The position numbers and the translations under genes were made by a program. From IMG/VR virus record IMGVR_UViG_3300040801_002299: a DNA stretch of 64,000 nt, one strand, 5' to 3'. Origin of the DNA: an uncultured virus (IMG/VR IMGVR_UViG_3300040801_002299). Its lineage: Duplodnaviria; Heunggongvirae; Uroviricota; Caudoviricetes. The notes beneath the pieces were generated by a model. That model saw only the letters and a list, made by a program, of their open reading frames with translations, was not told the DNA's origin and did no database searches. Below, piece after piece: positions 49,311 through 59,351 of this stretch. The first letter of the stretch is position 1; each line of letters starts with the position of its first letter.

Positions 49311-49939
49311 TCAGACCTTACACGATTCGATTTCAGAGATCAGGTCGCCAGCATATCCTTCCGAGATATAGTATCGACCTTCAGTGGCATCGACTGAGTT
49401 GTTCAAGATCGTGACCGCTTCATCTCCATGAGTGAATCGAACGAAGTTCAGAATCTCCTCATAGGTTGATTCAGAAACTCCGTGGTCGTCATCAAGGGAG
49501 TTGATGAGAGTTGCGAGTACGGACATATTATTCCTCCATGTCGTAGATTGTGGTTTGACGGGATCCATCTTCCCAGCGGGCTGCCACATGAGTAAAGGAC
49601 AGTCCTTCATTCTTGGCAGTGTTGATGGCAGTTTGCTCGGCGAGTTTGATGTTGTCTGTCCCGACTTCCTCTGTCCAGATGACATCCTCACCATCATAGA
49701 CATCAACCAGCATCTTGGCCTTCCAAGTATCGGGCATTCATCAGATCGAAGATGCCGTCAGATATGGCATTGGCCTCAGCAAGAGTGAGTTCGATATCGT
49801 CCTCAGCTTTCACATAGACGCACACGCTGACAGGGTCACAGATGGAGTTGTCCTCAACCATGTTCCACAGAGTCTCCTCTGCGATTCCAAGCTCGTCAGA
49901 AGCCTGGAGAAGTCGAGTCTTGATATCTTCGGCAGTCAT
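49311..49939 (-). CDS. three small acidic hypothetical ORFs (49311-49526, 49528-49737, 49703-49939)
   Basis: Coupled ORFs with SD sequences. Confidence 0.6.
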
Positions 49940-50724
49940 GCTGCGATCTCCTTTTGGGGTGTCTTGTTGGTTCCCATGCTAGCGTTGGAGAAGGCTTTGT
50001 CAACTCCAAGCACACCATGATACACCAGACCGATGTTCTTGATATCAGGGTTGGCAGCATGCTCGTCAGTCTCCGTCGTGTCAGCATACCCTGCAGCCAG
50101 CATGGCAGACTTCTCAGGCCAGACCTTGGAGTGACGATCAGTGGTAGGATCGATCAGATCGTCCTGCTTGCCACCATACGAATAGATGAGAGTCAGGTTC
50201 TTGGGCTTGTGAACCGCCATCATCGTATTCTTGAACATGGCGACCTGCTTGGTGTAGGCATAGAACTGGATGTTGGGCAACCGTTCGATGATGCCATACC
50301 ACCACTTGGCGTAGGTACGATTGAAGAAATCCCCGCTGTCATGGATTCGGAATGCACGCAGCTTTCGCTTGCTTGCGATGTCCTTCACGATGCGATCAGC
50401 CAGGTCCATGGGATCATCGAAGTATGCTTGGAGGTTACGAGTGTGGGCAACCATGCTCGACTTGAACACGTAGCCGCCCTGACAAGCGTAGCACAGCCGA
50501 GCACATTCGCCAGCCATGGGACAGGTCTTGTAACCATCAACCAGCTTGCCACGAATCACGACCGCAGCAGTTAGAGCAGGGATGGACCACTGCCAGAAGT
50601 CCGTCTTGGCGAGCTTGCTATTGCTGCCGATCACTTCACGGGGTGGTTGGGTGATAGCAGCGATCCACTCCTCTTGGGTCAGGGACTTGGCGATGTTGAA
50701 TGGTTTGATAGCGTCTTTCATCAT
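49936..50724 (-). CDS. GP88-like (gene product 88) Cys-motif protein
   Basis: NSKLAK, CP.A..C...CYA, FRIHDSGDF, FYAYTK. Confidence 0.8.
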   Translation of the reverse strand: MMKDAIKPFNIAKSLTQEEWIAAITQPPREVIGSNSKLAKTDFWQWSIPALTAAVVIRGKLVDGYKTCPMAGECARLCYACQGGYVFKSSMVAHTRNLQAYFDDPMDLADRIVKDIASKRKLRAFRIHDSGDFFNRTYAKWWYGIIERLPNIQFYAYTKQVAMFKNTMMAVHKPKNLTLIYSYGGKQDDLIDPTTDRHSKVWPEKSAMLAAGYADTTETDEHAANPDIKNIGLVYHGVLGVDKAFSNASMGTNKTPQKEIAA

Positions 50725-50754
50725 GCTTTCCATCATATGGGAAGTTAAGGGAAG

Positions 50755-51210
50755 TCAATGGCGAATCTGGACTTGGATCGTTCCGTCTTGAATATCAACG
50801 ATGCGATCCGAAATCATGTCGATAGCAACCGACGACCCAGGTGGACAACGAACGATTGCATCATCATAGGTCCAATACCCGTTTCGACGCTCACGATCAG
50901 AGTAAGTCTGCCGAGTGGAGTAGTGGCTATTCATTGATACAGTTCGGAGTTGGAAGTTGATTCGATAGTTGAAGGACTGATATTCATCAGTGGTGTTTGT
51001 ATACCGAAGATGCAGATTGGCAGCATCCAGTTTGTCGGCGAAGAACGACTGGTGTTGAGTGAAGGTGAAGTATCCCATCTCACCTGCACGACTGCTCAGG
51101 ATAGAACGAGTCTCCACAGTCTCCTCCCACGATCCCAAGAAAGATCTACGGGCGTGAGGAGCACAACCAGTGAAAGTGATGATAGCGATAGCGAGTAGGA
51201 TGTACTTCAT
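50755..51210 (-). CDS. lipoprotein
   Basis: MKYILLAIAIITFTG-C lipobox-like signal. Confidence 0.75.
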   Translation of the reverse strand: MKYILLAIAIITFTGCAPHARRSFLGSWEETVETRSILSSRAGEMGYFTFTQHQSFFADKLDAANLHLRYTNTTDEYQSFNYRINFQLRTVSMNSHYSTRQTYSDRERRNGYWTYDDAIVRCPPGSSVAIDMISDRIVDIQDGTIQVQIRH

Positions 51211-51776
51211 GCTGCTTCCTTTTTGACAGACGTTGACCAGACGAGAAGGTCGAGACCAGCAGGATCCATACCCTTCTCAGCACAGAGTCGCAAGTATTCC
51301 TTCTCCAATCGAAGATAGTTCTTGCCACTCGGAGTGTTCTTGGGAACATTCTCAACACCCTGAGCTTTCAACCATTTCAGAACATGAGTATCAAGACATG
51401 CATAGGGCTGATTGCGACGAGTGTGCATCACGAAGAACCGGGCAGTCTTGGGACCAATCCCAGGGATTGATTCCAGTTGCTCAACAGTCACAGTCCGAAG
51501 ATCGTGATTGGAGTATGCCAAGGTCTTGAAGCATTCCACAAGCCGCTCATACTGACCAAGTTTGACCTGTTCGATGCGATCACGTAGAGTGCCGCAAACA
51601 TTCAAGCAACGAATGAACGAGAAAGGTTCGTGGGTGTTCGCATCCAGGAACTGCTGAAGCTTGACCGCCTGGATGCTGGACTTCTTACCTGCAACCACGA
51701 CGCAGAAGAGAAGGAACTCTTCCAACTTGGAGTTGTTACGGTTGAAGTCTGTGATGTTGTGTGGATCAATTGTCAT
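51207..51776 (-). CDS. HhH-GPD N-glycosylase/DNA lyase (Ogg2-like)
   Basis: IPGIGPKTARFF, LDTHVL, YLRLE, DLLVW. Confidence 0.8.
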   Translation of the reverse strand: MTIDPHNITDFNRNNSKLEEFLLFCVVVAGKKSSIQAVKLQQFLDANTHEPFSFIRCLNVCGTLRDRIEQVKLGQYERLVECFKTLAYSNHDLRTVTVEQLESIPGIGPKTARFFVMHTRRNQPYACLDTHVLKWLKAQGVENVPKNTPSGKNYLRLEKEYLRLCAEKGMDPAGLDLLVWSTSVKKEAA

Positions 51777-51895
51777 GTATTAGATAATATCCAAACTTAA
51801 GGGAAGTCAACTGTCTATTTAGTGTGTCCAGATATATCCAGTGAAGACCGAAAGCTCATAGCCATCAGTGATTTCGTGGCAACCTTGATCAGCCA

Positions 51896-52183
51896 TCAGA
51901 ACCACTCCTCACCAGTATCACGATCAGGGATGATGACATCACCGACGATGCCATACTCTTGACCGAACTTCTGACTGGCGATGAAGGTCGCACGAATGTT
52001 GAGGTCCAGACCTTCCAGCAAACCCTCTTCGTTGGCAACCAGGATGGTCTTGCCATCGTAGTCATAGAGAGGCTGGATGAGTCCACCAACAACTTCCTGC
52101 ATCTGCTTGAGGCTCAGCGAGCCGTTGGGGTTGTCACCAACCAGCTTTTCTTCTGAGCCGTCAGTGCGAATGATGGTAGCCAT
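51896..52183 (-). CDS. DUF3846-like protein
   Basis: LKQMQEVVGGLI, NEEG...L.LN.RA, IVGDV. Confidence 0.75.
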   Translation of the reverse strand: MATIIRTDGSEEKLVGDNPNGSLSLKQMQEVVGGLIQPLYDYDGKTILVANEEGLLEGLDLNIRATFIASQKFGQEYGIVGDVIIPDRDTGEEWF

Positions 52184-52439
52184 GATATCTCCTAGTTCAG
52201 GCTGGGTTCGTGGTGCTTGGGGAGTTCCAGATAGAACTCCTTGAAAGTGTCAGGAACTTCCATCTCAGTGGAAGCAGGGATGTAGCCCTGATCTTGCAGC
52301 ATTCGGGCCACAAGTTCGACTTCCTTCTCATTGCGACATGCGTAGATGCAGCGAGGAAGAGCGATGCCAACCCCGACGACGATTGGAATAATCATTCTTT
52401 GTTCTCCATGAGTATCAGCATATGGAATGGGAAGGGTTG

Positions 52440-53117
52440 TCAATCCCCATATATCTGACGCTCATAAGCATCCTGGGCACGATCAAGTTCTGCTGACGTT
52501 GGCTCCTTACGCATATCAAGAATGTAGTCAGCCCTCGCTTCCAGAGCTTCGTTCTTGATATCCTGAATTGACTTGTAGTTGCTTCCATCCTCTTCACCAG
52601 TAGCGATTTCGATGATAGCCTGAACCATCACATACCCATCAGCCAAACGCCGAATCTTGACGACCTTGCACGATTGGGCAACCAGGTTCTCATAGTCAGA
52701 TTCATATTCAGTGATCCAGTCGGGAGTATCTCCCTCGCCACTGATATTCGACAGGGCATCCATGATGCAGTAATGTTCCCACTGCTTAGGATCAGAGAAC
52801 TCATCCTTACAATGTTCATAGCATTCCACAACCGATGGCAGATGGAACACAGTCCGAACATGAGCAGTGACCGACAGCGAGTACCAGTACCCGACAGTCT
52901 TCGTGTAGTGGCAGTCGGAACGATACGACCAGCAGTCCTCTTCGATGCTGTCAGAGTCCTCAACACGATCTTCTTCCTTCAAGACGATCAGGGACTTTTC
53001 GATCTGCGACCAAGGATCGAGTGCGTCGAACTCCTCACGACTGATCTTGTTTCGGATGATTTCGTTCTTGATGGTGTTTCGCATGGTGTTCATACTCCAG
53101 ATCATACAGATGGGCAC
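52440..53117 (-). CDS. acidic hypothetical protein
   Basis: Stop inside TTGACA; true start probably about 53093. Confidence 0.7.
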   Translation of the reverse strand: MPICMIWSMNTMRNTIKNEIIRNKISREEFDALDPWSQIEKSLIVLKEEDRVEDSDSIEEDCWSYRSDCHYTKTVGYWYSLSVTAHVRTVFHLPSVVECYEHCKDEFSDPKQWEHYCIMDALSNISGEGDTPDWITEYESDYENLVAQSCKVVKIRRLADGYVMVQAIIEIATGEEDGSNYKSIQDIKNEALEARADYILDMRKEPTSAELDRAQDAYERQIYGD

Positions 53118-53392
53118 GGTGTGTCAATGATCTCTTTGACTTGATCCGAATAGAACCAATGAGATTCTCCGTTGTGGTCGAATCGGGCCACAAAGATCAC
53201 ACGACCATCAAGGACCAAGTCACCCATAACTTCTCTCCTATCATCATCGCTCTCCTTTTCCCAGGGGCGATCTGTCACAGATAGGTGGGTGATGGTAGCT
53301 TCACGGGGCATTCCATATCCGGCGAGAGGTCCGCCGAAAGCAGCGAGAATGCGATCTCCGACTTTGATGGTGGTGGTCTTTTTGATCTTCAT
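53102..53392 (-). CDS. hypothetical protein (possibly leaderless)
   Basis: ATG 7 nt after TATGAT. Confidence 0.65.
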   Translation of the reverse strand: MKIKKTTTIKVGDRILAAFGGPLAGYGMPREATITHLSVTDRPWEKESDDDRREVMGDLVLDGRVIFVARFDHNGESHWFYSDQVKEIIDTPCPSV

Positions 53393-53515
53393 GCTCTCAA
53401 TCATATGGGTAGATCAGGGATTGCAAGAGGAATCCAACTTGTAAGTAATACTTGATAGTTGGATATTTCACGATAAAATAAGGGGCCAGAAATGGGAGCC
53501 GAAGCTCCCATTCTC

Positions 53516-53815
53516 CTAGCTTTGAGAAGCCAACGTGGACGCCGCAGCAGCATGCCAGTCAGTACCAGACGCGACCTGGACAGCTTCTTCATGAGAGAAC
53601 CCTTGTTTGATCAGATTCTTCATGAAAGCCGATGCACTCGTTGCAGCACGGTTGTTGAGTTGAGTACGCATCTGAGTAGTGATGCGGTTGATCTTGGAAA
53701 TGGTCTCCTTGTCTTCTTCATCGAATTCGAGGTCATCTTCGCTGATGATTTCGGAAATATCAGTGTCGCCCACGACAGCAGCGACTACCAGCATGTTCAG
53801 GATTTGGTCGAGCAT
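53516..53815 (-). CDS. hypothetical protein
   Basis: AAGGAG SD. Confidence 0.7.
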   Translation of the reverse strand: MLDQILNMLVVAAVVGDTDISEIISEDDLEFDEEDKETISKINRITTQMRTQLNNRAATSASAFMKNLIKQGFSHEEAVQVASGTDWHAAAASTLASQS

Positions 53816-53824
53816 TGTTTCTCC

Positions 53825-54487
53825 TTACTCTTCCAGGTTGTAGAGGACGTGCTCCCACATGTGAGCACCGAGAGTTGTGAGCAGGGCCATATTGGTCTTC
53901 ACGCAAGCATCGTATGCTTCACGAGCCTTGGCAGCGTAGTACGTCTGACCGTTCTGCTCAATCGCATAGCCGAGTTCAGATGCGAACTGTTCGAAGGTCT
54001 CACCCCCAGCCACACACCGAGCATCACTGACCAGAGACATGAAGATGTCCGATGCAGTGGGGCGATATGGACCTTCGATGATCTTGCCACCATTGCCACG
54101 CCGAGTGTAGTTCACACACGCTTCGACAGCCTCACGAGCGAGCTTGCGATCAGCGGGCTGACGACCTTTCTGGAGCAGTTCCAAGATGCGAGCATCGCAG
54201 TGGAAGCCAAAGGTCACACTGTTGTAGTTGAAATGCTGGGGACGCAGCTTGGTCCGATTGATGAAGTTGCCATGCCCGACAGAGTATCGGTCAACTGCGA
54301 AGTTGCCCAGCTTGCTCTTCAGGACGCCAGTGAAGACAGCCTGCCAAACGACATGCTTGAAGCTGCTGTAGGGTTGCTCGTACTCATGCTCTTCAACCCC
54401 GTTGAAGATGAGGTCAGCTTCGAACTCATGCTTTTTGCAGAAGTCCTCGAAAGTCTGGGTTTCAGTGGTGTCCATGTTGTTCTCCAT
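53825..54487 (-). CDS. hypothetical early protein
   Basis: Promoter 54521. Confidence 0.75.
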   Translation of the reverse strand: MENNMDTTETQTFEDFCKKHEFEADLIFNGVEEHEYEQPYSSFKHVVWQAVFTGVLKSKLGNFAVDRYSVGHGNFINRTKLRPQHFNYNSVTFGFHCDARILELLQKGRQPADRKLAREAVEACVNYTRRGNGGKIIEGPYRPTASDIFMSLVSDARCVAGGETFEQFASELGYAIEQNGQTYYAAKAREAYDACVKTNMALLTTLGAHMWEHVLYNLEE

Positions 54488-54517
54488 GATTCAGATCATA
54501 TGGATTGGTGAGGGATG

Positions 54518-55267
54518 TCAACTATTCAGTTCTTCGACATACCGATTGATGTAAGGTCGAAGTTGCCAAGTATTCATCATGTGATCATCGTCGGTGAGCT
54601 TGGATACTTTATCTTCATACTCACCCTGAGCTTGCTTCAACTGCATCTCACCCCATTGCACAAGGCCATGCACTTCGATATGTTTGATGGGGGCGATACA
54701 TCCAGCAACACCTGTACCACTCACGAAATCAGCTTCTTCAGGTAAGCACTGAATCATCTGGTAGCGAACACTATCAGGGTCTTTTCCATCGTCAATATCC
54801 ATTTGCCGCCAAATCTGATCTTGGGTATCATCAGGGTTAAACTCTTTCACATAACTGTGGAGACGATAGAACCCCTGAGCACGATACCTATATCCCTTGT
54901 AGGTGAATGCACATGCAATGACTGGCTTGCCCTCACTGGGAAGTTCCAACTCACGATCTTCATGAGGAACTTTAACTTTCTCAAACGTCATTCCACCTAG
55001 GACCGACGACCAACCAGTATCACCAGGAAGACGAGCATCATAGAGGAACTTTACATCATTTGCCAGAGCTTCTCGGGCAGCTTCACAGAGTCGTTCGTGG
55101 TTCTCTCCTTCATCGTCTTCGACATCGCACTCAAAGACGACCTCAACAGACTGCTTGATCTCTCGGCCAAAGTTCCAGTTGCAACGGTGATATTCAGTGA
55201 TCCAGATTGGCATGATAGTGTTCCTAGTAAATGTGCGAGTCGATGTAGCCTTCGATCTCATCTTCAT
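54518..55267 (-). CDS. hypothetical protein
   Basis: True start probably about 55213; stop inside TTGACA. Confidence 0.7.
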   Translation of the reverse strand: MKMRSKATSTRTFTRNTIMPIWITEYHRCNWNFGREIKQSVEVVFECDVEDDEGENHERLCEAAREALANDVKFLYDARLPGDTGWSSVLGGMTFEKVKVPHEDRELELPSEGKPVIACAFTYKGYRYRAQGFYRLHSYVKEFNPDDTQDQIWRQMDIDDGKDPDSVRYQMIQCLPEEADFVSGTGVAGCIAPIKHIEVHGLVQWGEMQLKQAQGEYEDKVSKLTDDDHMMNTWQLRPYINRYVEELNS

Positions 55268-55484
55268 CAGTGAGATCGTTGGAGTCGATCAGGCTTTCGA
55301 TTTCAGATTCACGCCGACGAATCTGGGCAGACTCCTCACAAGAGATGCAGCACATCTTGGGTTTGAGGGCAACTACTTCGTGATAGTCTTCCCCTTCTTT
55401 GATGTCATCTCCGCAGTAGTAGCAGAAGGAATCTTTGGTGGCCTGCTTGATATTCACTTGGATCTCCGATATTCGATGAAGCAA
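55224..55484 (-). CDS. Zn-finger hypothetical protein
   Basis: CYYC...CISC. Confidence 0.55.
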   Translation of the reverse strand: MLHRISEIQVNIKQATKDSFCYYCGDDIKEGEDYHEVVALKPKMCCISCEESAQIRRRESEIESLIDSNDLTDEDEIEGYIDSHIY

Positions 55485-55646
55485 TCAGTACACATGCCAG
55501 CCTTGGCATCTACGAAAATGCACTGAGCCTCAGCTTTCGTCATGTTTCGATCTTTGAGAGAGGGGGAGAACACAGTTCGATCTCCGCACTTCTTGCAAGT
55601 GTATCCGTTGTTGACGATCTTGGGATTGCACATGATGATTATCCTT

Positions 55647-55889
55647 TCACCAAGTCTTGACGCGATACGAGATACCGATGGACTTCATGAACTCGGGGAG
55701 TTGAAGAGGCCCACTGGGATTGTCGCGTCCCTGACCAAAACTCATGTAGTAGCAGAGGTCATCAATGGTGTAGGTATCTTTCGCAAAGAGATATGGATGC
55801 TCTTTCTTTCGGATGGGTTCGTTGGCGAAGTCGAGCTTCCCATTCTCGTCCCGAACTTCGATGATGTATTTGGTGCGTGCGTTTATCAT
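55647..55889 (-). CDS. hypothetical protein (possibly leaderless)
   Basis: ATG 7 nt after TATGAT. Confidence 0.6.
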   Translation of the reverse strand: MINARTKYIIEVRDENGKLDFANEPIRKKEHPYLFAKDTYTIDDLCYYMSFGQGRDNPSGPLQLPEFMKSIGISYRVKTW

Positions 55890-56016
55890 GGTTTCTATCA
55901 TAGAGATAAAGTCGGATAGTCAACAAAAAACCCCACCATAGCGTATTCGCACAGGTGGGGTTGCCCAGGTGGGTACCAGCCGTTTTTATTTAGAGTCGTT
56001 CGGCCCGACAGACGCC

Positions 56017-56310
56017 TTACAGTCGATCTTGCGGCATGATGTCGTAATCATCCATGCATGCAAGACCAGGAGGTAATCGTTCCCATTTGGTAGTTCCATC
56101 TTCCTGCAACACCAGAACGGACCAGATCATGATTTCATTACCTTCCAAGTTTTTCGTGAACCACCCCCGAATATTGGGAAGGTCGATCTTGAGTTCAAGA
56201 TCAAACTCCTTCAAGATCGTGGGAAGGGTATCAGCGAGTTCCGCATTGTAGCAAAGCATGAAGTGAACTCCTGCTTGCATCTGTTTGTCGTTTGGCATTA
56301 GTGTCTCCAT
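56017..56310 (-). CDS. hypothetical protein
   Basis: Promoter 56344. Confidence 0.65.
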   Translation of the reverse strand: METLMPNDKQMQAGVHFMLCYNAELADTLPTILKEFDLELKIDLPNIRGWFTKNLEGNEIMIWSVLVLQEDGTTKWERLPPGLACMDDYDIMPQDRL

Positions 56311-56348
56311 GTCTGGTATTGTATAGAAAATATCAGGAAGTCAATATA

Positions 56349-57410
56349 TTAGTCGATTCTCTCCAGGAACTCAATGAAGTCAGCTAGGTTGACCCATCGG
56401 GTATCGTCATTGACAGTGAGGGGGAAGACGAAATCATTCACACCTTTCAACTCTTTGAGGGCCCCTAGAATATCTTTTTCGTGCTTGACGACCCAGCGAA
56501 GGATTTCTTCATCATCAGTTGAATCTGGTTCATAGTCAGGAAACTCTCCAGACAGTTCAGACTCAAGACCGAAAACATCACACTGATACCAGTAGTCAGG
56601 TTCCTCTTCATCTCCTTCATTCTGAACGGTAATCTGGATGGTAGCTTCTTTGACGGCGATGAGGGTCTGTGCCTCTTCGTCACTCAGCGTCTTCAAGGTC
56701 AACATCGTCACTCCAATCATCTTCGATGTCCTCATCAAGCATGTCATCAGTCATCACGACAGCTTGAGACTTAGGCCCGTCGCCCAGAATGTCAGAACAC
56801 CGACACTGAATGAACTCTGACAGTTCCCACTTATGACCCATTGCCAACAGATCACGGCCAACTCGGCCAGCCACACGGCTGATCTTTTTGCACTTGGTTC
56901 CGAGTTCAGCCCATTCGTCATCAGTAGGAATGGGAAGATCCTTCATGTGGGTGATACCAGTCAAGGCCACCTGCACAGCGAATCGCATCAGAACACCAGC
57001 AGGATGAATGCTGGCTTTCAGATTGTCGATGGCAGCAGGATGCTCAGGGTTGTAGTGAAACTCTTTCTTCGGATTGCTCATGTTCTCACACAGAGTCATG
57101 AGATTTCCGCACTTCCGATAGAGTTCTGCCACAGCATACTCACGGAAGACAGGGGTTGCAGTAGTCATGGAATTTCCTTTCTGGTATCCAGGGTTGCGTC
57201 AATATCGATTTCATCCTTTGTGAACCAACCACCCCAATGATGATCCTCACCACCACATCGCCAAGTTTTTTCTAGAGACTTGACCATGATGGCAGGAACA
57301 CCATTGTATAAACCTGAAAGCTCAAGCTCCATATCTTTTCCGTGGAGCTTCGTGCGTTCCTTTGCACGCTTTGAAGTTGGTTGGATTGTGACGATTTCTT
57401 TCATGATCAA
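56349..57410 (-). CDS. three hypothetical ORFs (56349-about 56705, 56680-57168, 57165-about 57404)
   Basis: Coupled operon behind promoter 57438. Confidence 0.6.
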
Positions 57411-57484
57411 TATCGTATGGATGCTAATCGGATGTCAACATCAAAAAAAGCTGGGAGCAGCTTTTGCCACTCCCAGCCCTGTGA

Positions 57485-57796
57485 TCATTCAGCGTCAGCA
57501 GTTTCGACTTCTTGCCGCTTCTGCTTGCGAGCTTGACGTTTCGCTCGCTGTTCGGCTCGCTGCTCAAGCTGGCGTTGCCGACCACGCTCACACGCAGCAC
57601 GCGAAGCAGCCTGCTCATCTTCCAGCGTCTTGAAAGGGTAGTTGAACTCGACCCCACGCTTCTCAGCCTTACGCTGGAGCTTGCGAACACGAGCCTCCCA
57701 ACGACGCTTCTTGTTCTTCGCGGGAATGTCGCCACTGCGACGAGCTTCGTACTTACGCTTACGATGCTGGTTGCCCTGAGCCTTCTTGCCTGCCAT
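57485..57796 (-). CDS. very basic K/R-rich small protein
   Basis: AAGGAG SD, TGATG coupling. Confidence 0.7.
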   Translation of the reverse strand: MAGKKAQGNQHRKRKYEARRSGDIPAKNKKRRWEARVRKLQRKAEKRGVEFNYPFKTLEDEQAASRAACERGRQRQLEQRAEQRAKRQARKQKRQEVETADAE

Positions 57797-58122
57797 CAGT
57801 TGTTCTCCTTCTTGGACTTCTTGTTCTTCTTCTTGCTCTGCTTCTTCTCAGAAGCAGCAGTGACTTCCTCACGACGCTTCGCACACTCTTCGGAAGTCTT
57901 CTTGTGGGACCAGTCCGCAGTCACAGACTCGCCATCCCGATTGATCTTACCATTGTATTCCCACTTGGCAAGATAGCGACCACCTGCAGCAACCAGTTCG
58001 CTGGCAGTCTTGTGATCGACTCGGACATGCGTACCATCACGCTTCTCGACACAGACAGGTCGCTGACGACCATATCCAGTGCGGTGCTTCCGCTTGCTGC
58101 TGTTGATGTTCAGTTCTACCAT
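57796..58122 (-). CDS. basic small protein
   Basis: GGGGAG SD; Lys-rich tail. Confidence 0.7.
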   Translation of the reverse strand: MVELNINSSKRKHRTGYGRQRPVCVEKRDGTHVRVDHKTASELVAAGGRYLAKWEYNGKINRDGESVTADWSHKKTSEECAKRREEVTAASEKKQSKKKNKKSKKENN

Positions 58123-58330
58123 AGTTGCTCTCCCCTTTCTTGGTTCTTGGAGCGTGTGACATTCACCGATGGTAAGTCGATGAACTATGAAGAAAAAAAT
58201 GGGAGACTCCGATAGCGGGCTGCAAATGCACGTTCACCGTTATCAGCACACTCAACCATTTAGCGATGCTTGCCATGCTGTTATGTTTCAGATCATAAGA
58301 GATCTTTTCAGCATGTCAATATGAAAAAAT

Positions 58331-58421
58331 GTCTGAGGTATAGGACTTTCACCTATACACCTTCCCACGCAAAACCCACTGCCTAGGGCCGCCATGGTAT
58401 ATGCTAATACACCTCTCAGAC
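58331..58421 (-). ncRNA. tRNA-like structured RNA candidate
   Basis: GTCTGAG/CTCAGAC closing stem, GTATAGG-TGAAAGT-CCTATAC T-like arm, D-like arm. Confidence 0.5.
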
Positions 58422-58451
58422 TTGTGAGTGGGGGCAGTCGGTCCACCCACA

Positions 58452-58656
58452 ATAAAAAGAAAAGCCCTGGTAAACTGTCAACGATTGCTCTCGGTTTACC
58501 AAGGCCACTTGAGTTTTTTCCCTCGTGAGTCGTCTTCTCACCAGATGGTCGAACCATCGTCCGTTAATTTAATGCCGCTGCATTGAGTGACTTGTCCTAG
58601 AGATAGTGACTCTATTCCGAGTAGAGTATATCAATGGAGTAGTTTCGTTGCTTGGC
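58452..58656 (-). ncRNA. promoter- and terminator-bounded multi-hairpin ncRNA candidate
   Basis: Promoter at 58690, several hairpins, terminator stem with T-run, no SD-led ORF. Confidence 0.5.
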
Positions 58657-58686
58657 AAATATATTATATCAAATGGTCAGGATCTG

Positions 58687-58920
58687 TCAACCATGAATCA
58701 TTGAAGGGCTGACCCCCACAGAACTTACCATCTTGGAAAAGAGTACCTCGGCTGGAGCAGTCAGCTTGTCATCAACACAATGGTTGATAAAGGTGTTGAC
58801 AGTTTCAGAACCCATGTTGATGCTCGCATAGAGTACGATATCCTCAGGATATACTGAGGTATTCCTATTCTCCATATGGGTCAAGAGGTTCTTGATGTGC
58901 TGTAGGGCAGCGTCATTCAT
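58687..58920 (-). CDS. hypothetical protein
   Basis: ATGA overlap; stop inside TTGACA. Confidence 0.65.
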   Translation of the reverse strand: MNDAALQHIKNLLTHMENRNTSVYPEDIVLYASINMGSETVNTFINHCVDDKLTAPAEVLFSKMVSSVGVSPSMIHG

Positions 58921-59201
58921 GCTTCAATAGTCTCCTCAGACTCGACCTCATCAGTCGTAGTTTCGGTGGTTTCAGTCTCTTCGGTAGTCTCAATAGTGAC
59001 GACGCCACCCTTGCGACCACGCTTGACTTCGACGCCCAAGACCTTCACGATATAGTGACGGGCGACATGGTATTTGACACCAGCAGCTTCGGCTGCGGCT
59101 TTGATCGACTTTCCTTCCTCAACGGCAGCCTTGAGATTGTCGGCTTGCTCGTCAGTGAGGGTTGAAGGGCGACCACGCTTGGTTAGAGTTGAATCGGACA
59201 T
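58917..59201 (-). CDS. helix-turn-helix DNA-binding protein with AT-hook-like arms
   Basis: KRGRPSTLT.EQ...GKSIKAAAEAAGVKYHVARHY...KRGRK; acidic tail. Confidence 0.75.
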   Translation of the reverse strand: MSDSTLTKRGRPSTLTDEQADNLKAAVEEGKSIKAAAEAAGVKYHVARHYIVKVLGVEVKRGRKGGVVTIETTEETETTETTTDEVESEETIEA

Positions 59202-59351
59202 TACATTCTCCTTTGAAAGGGTTATTGATGATTTGTCTTTATTGACAGAATCATTCTATTATATTACAAACCTTAGTCAAGGAGATTTTCAAACTTACTG
59301 GCCCCTTACTCCCTCCCCACCATCTTGGGTGGAGAGGGAGTGGGCATACCA

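Noticed and set aside
55925..56016. HDV-like (theta) ribozyme
   Set aside because: CGGCTGG and GCGAAT look similar, but P2, P3 and P1.1 cannot be built in the required order; none found at tRNA 3' ends either
58331..58421. Amber suppressor tRNA / alternative genetic code
   Set aside because: A CTA is present but not in a proper anticodon stem; genes are intact under the standard code and TAG terminates ORFs normally
58288..58557. 89-aa - strand ORF
   Set aside because: Crosses a terminator, RNA hairpins and a promoter; no SD
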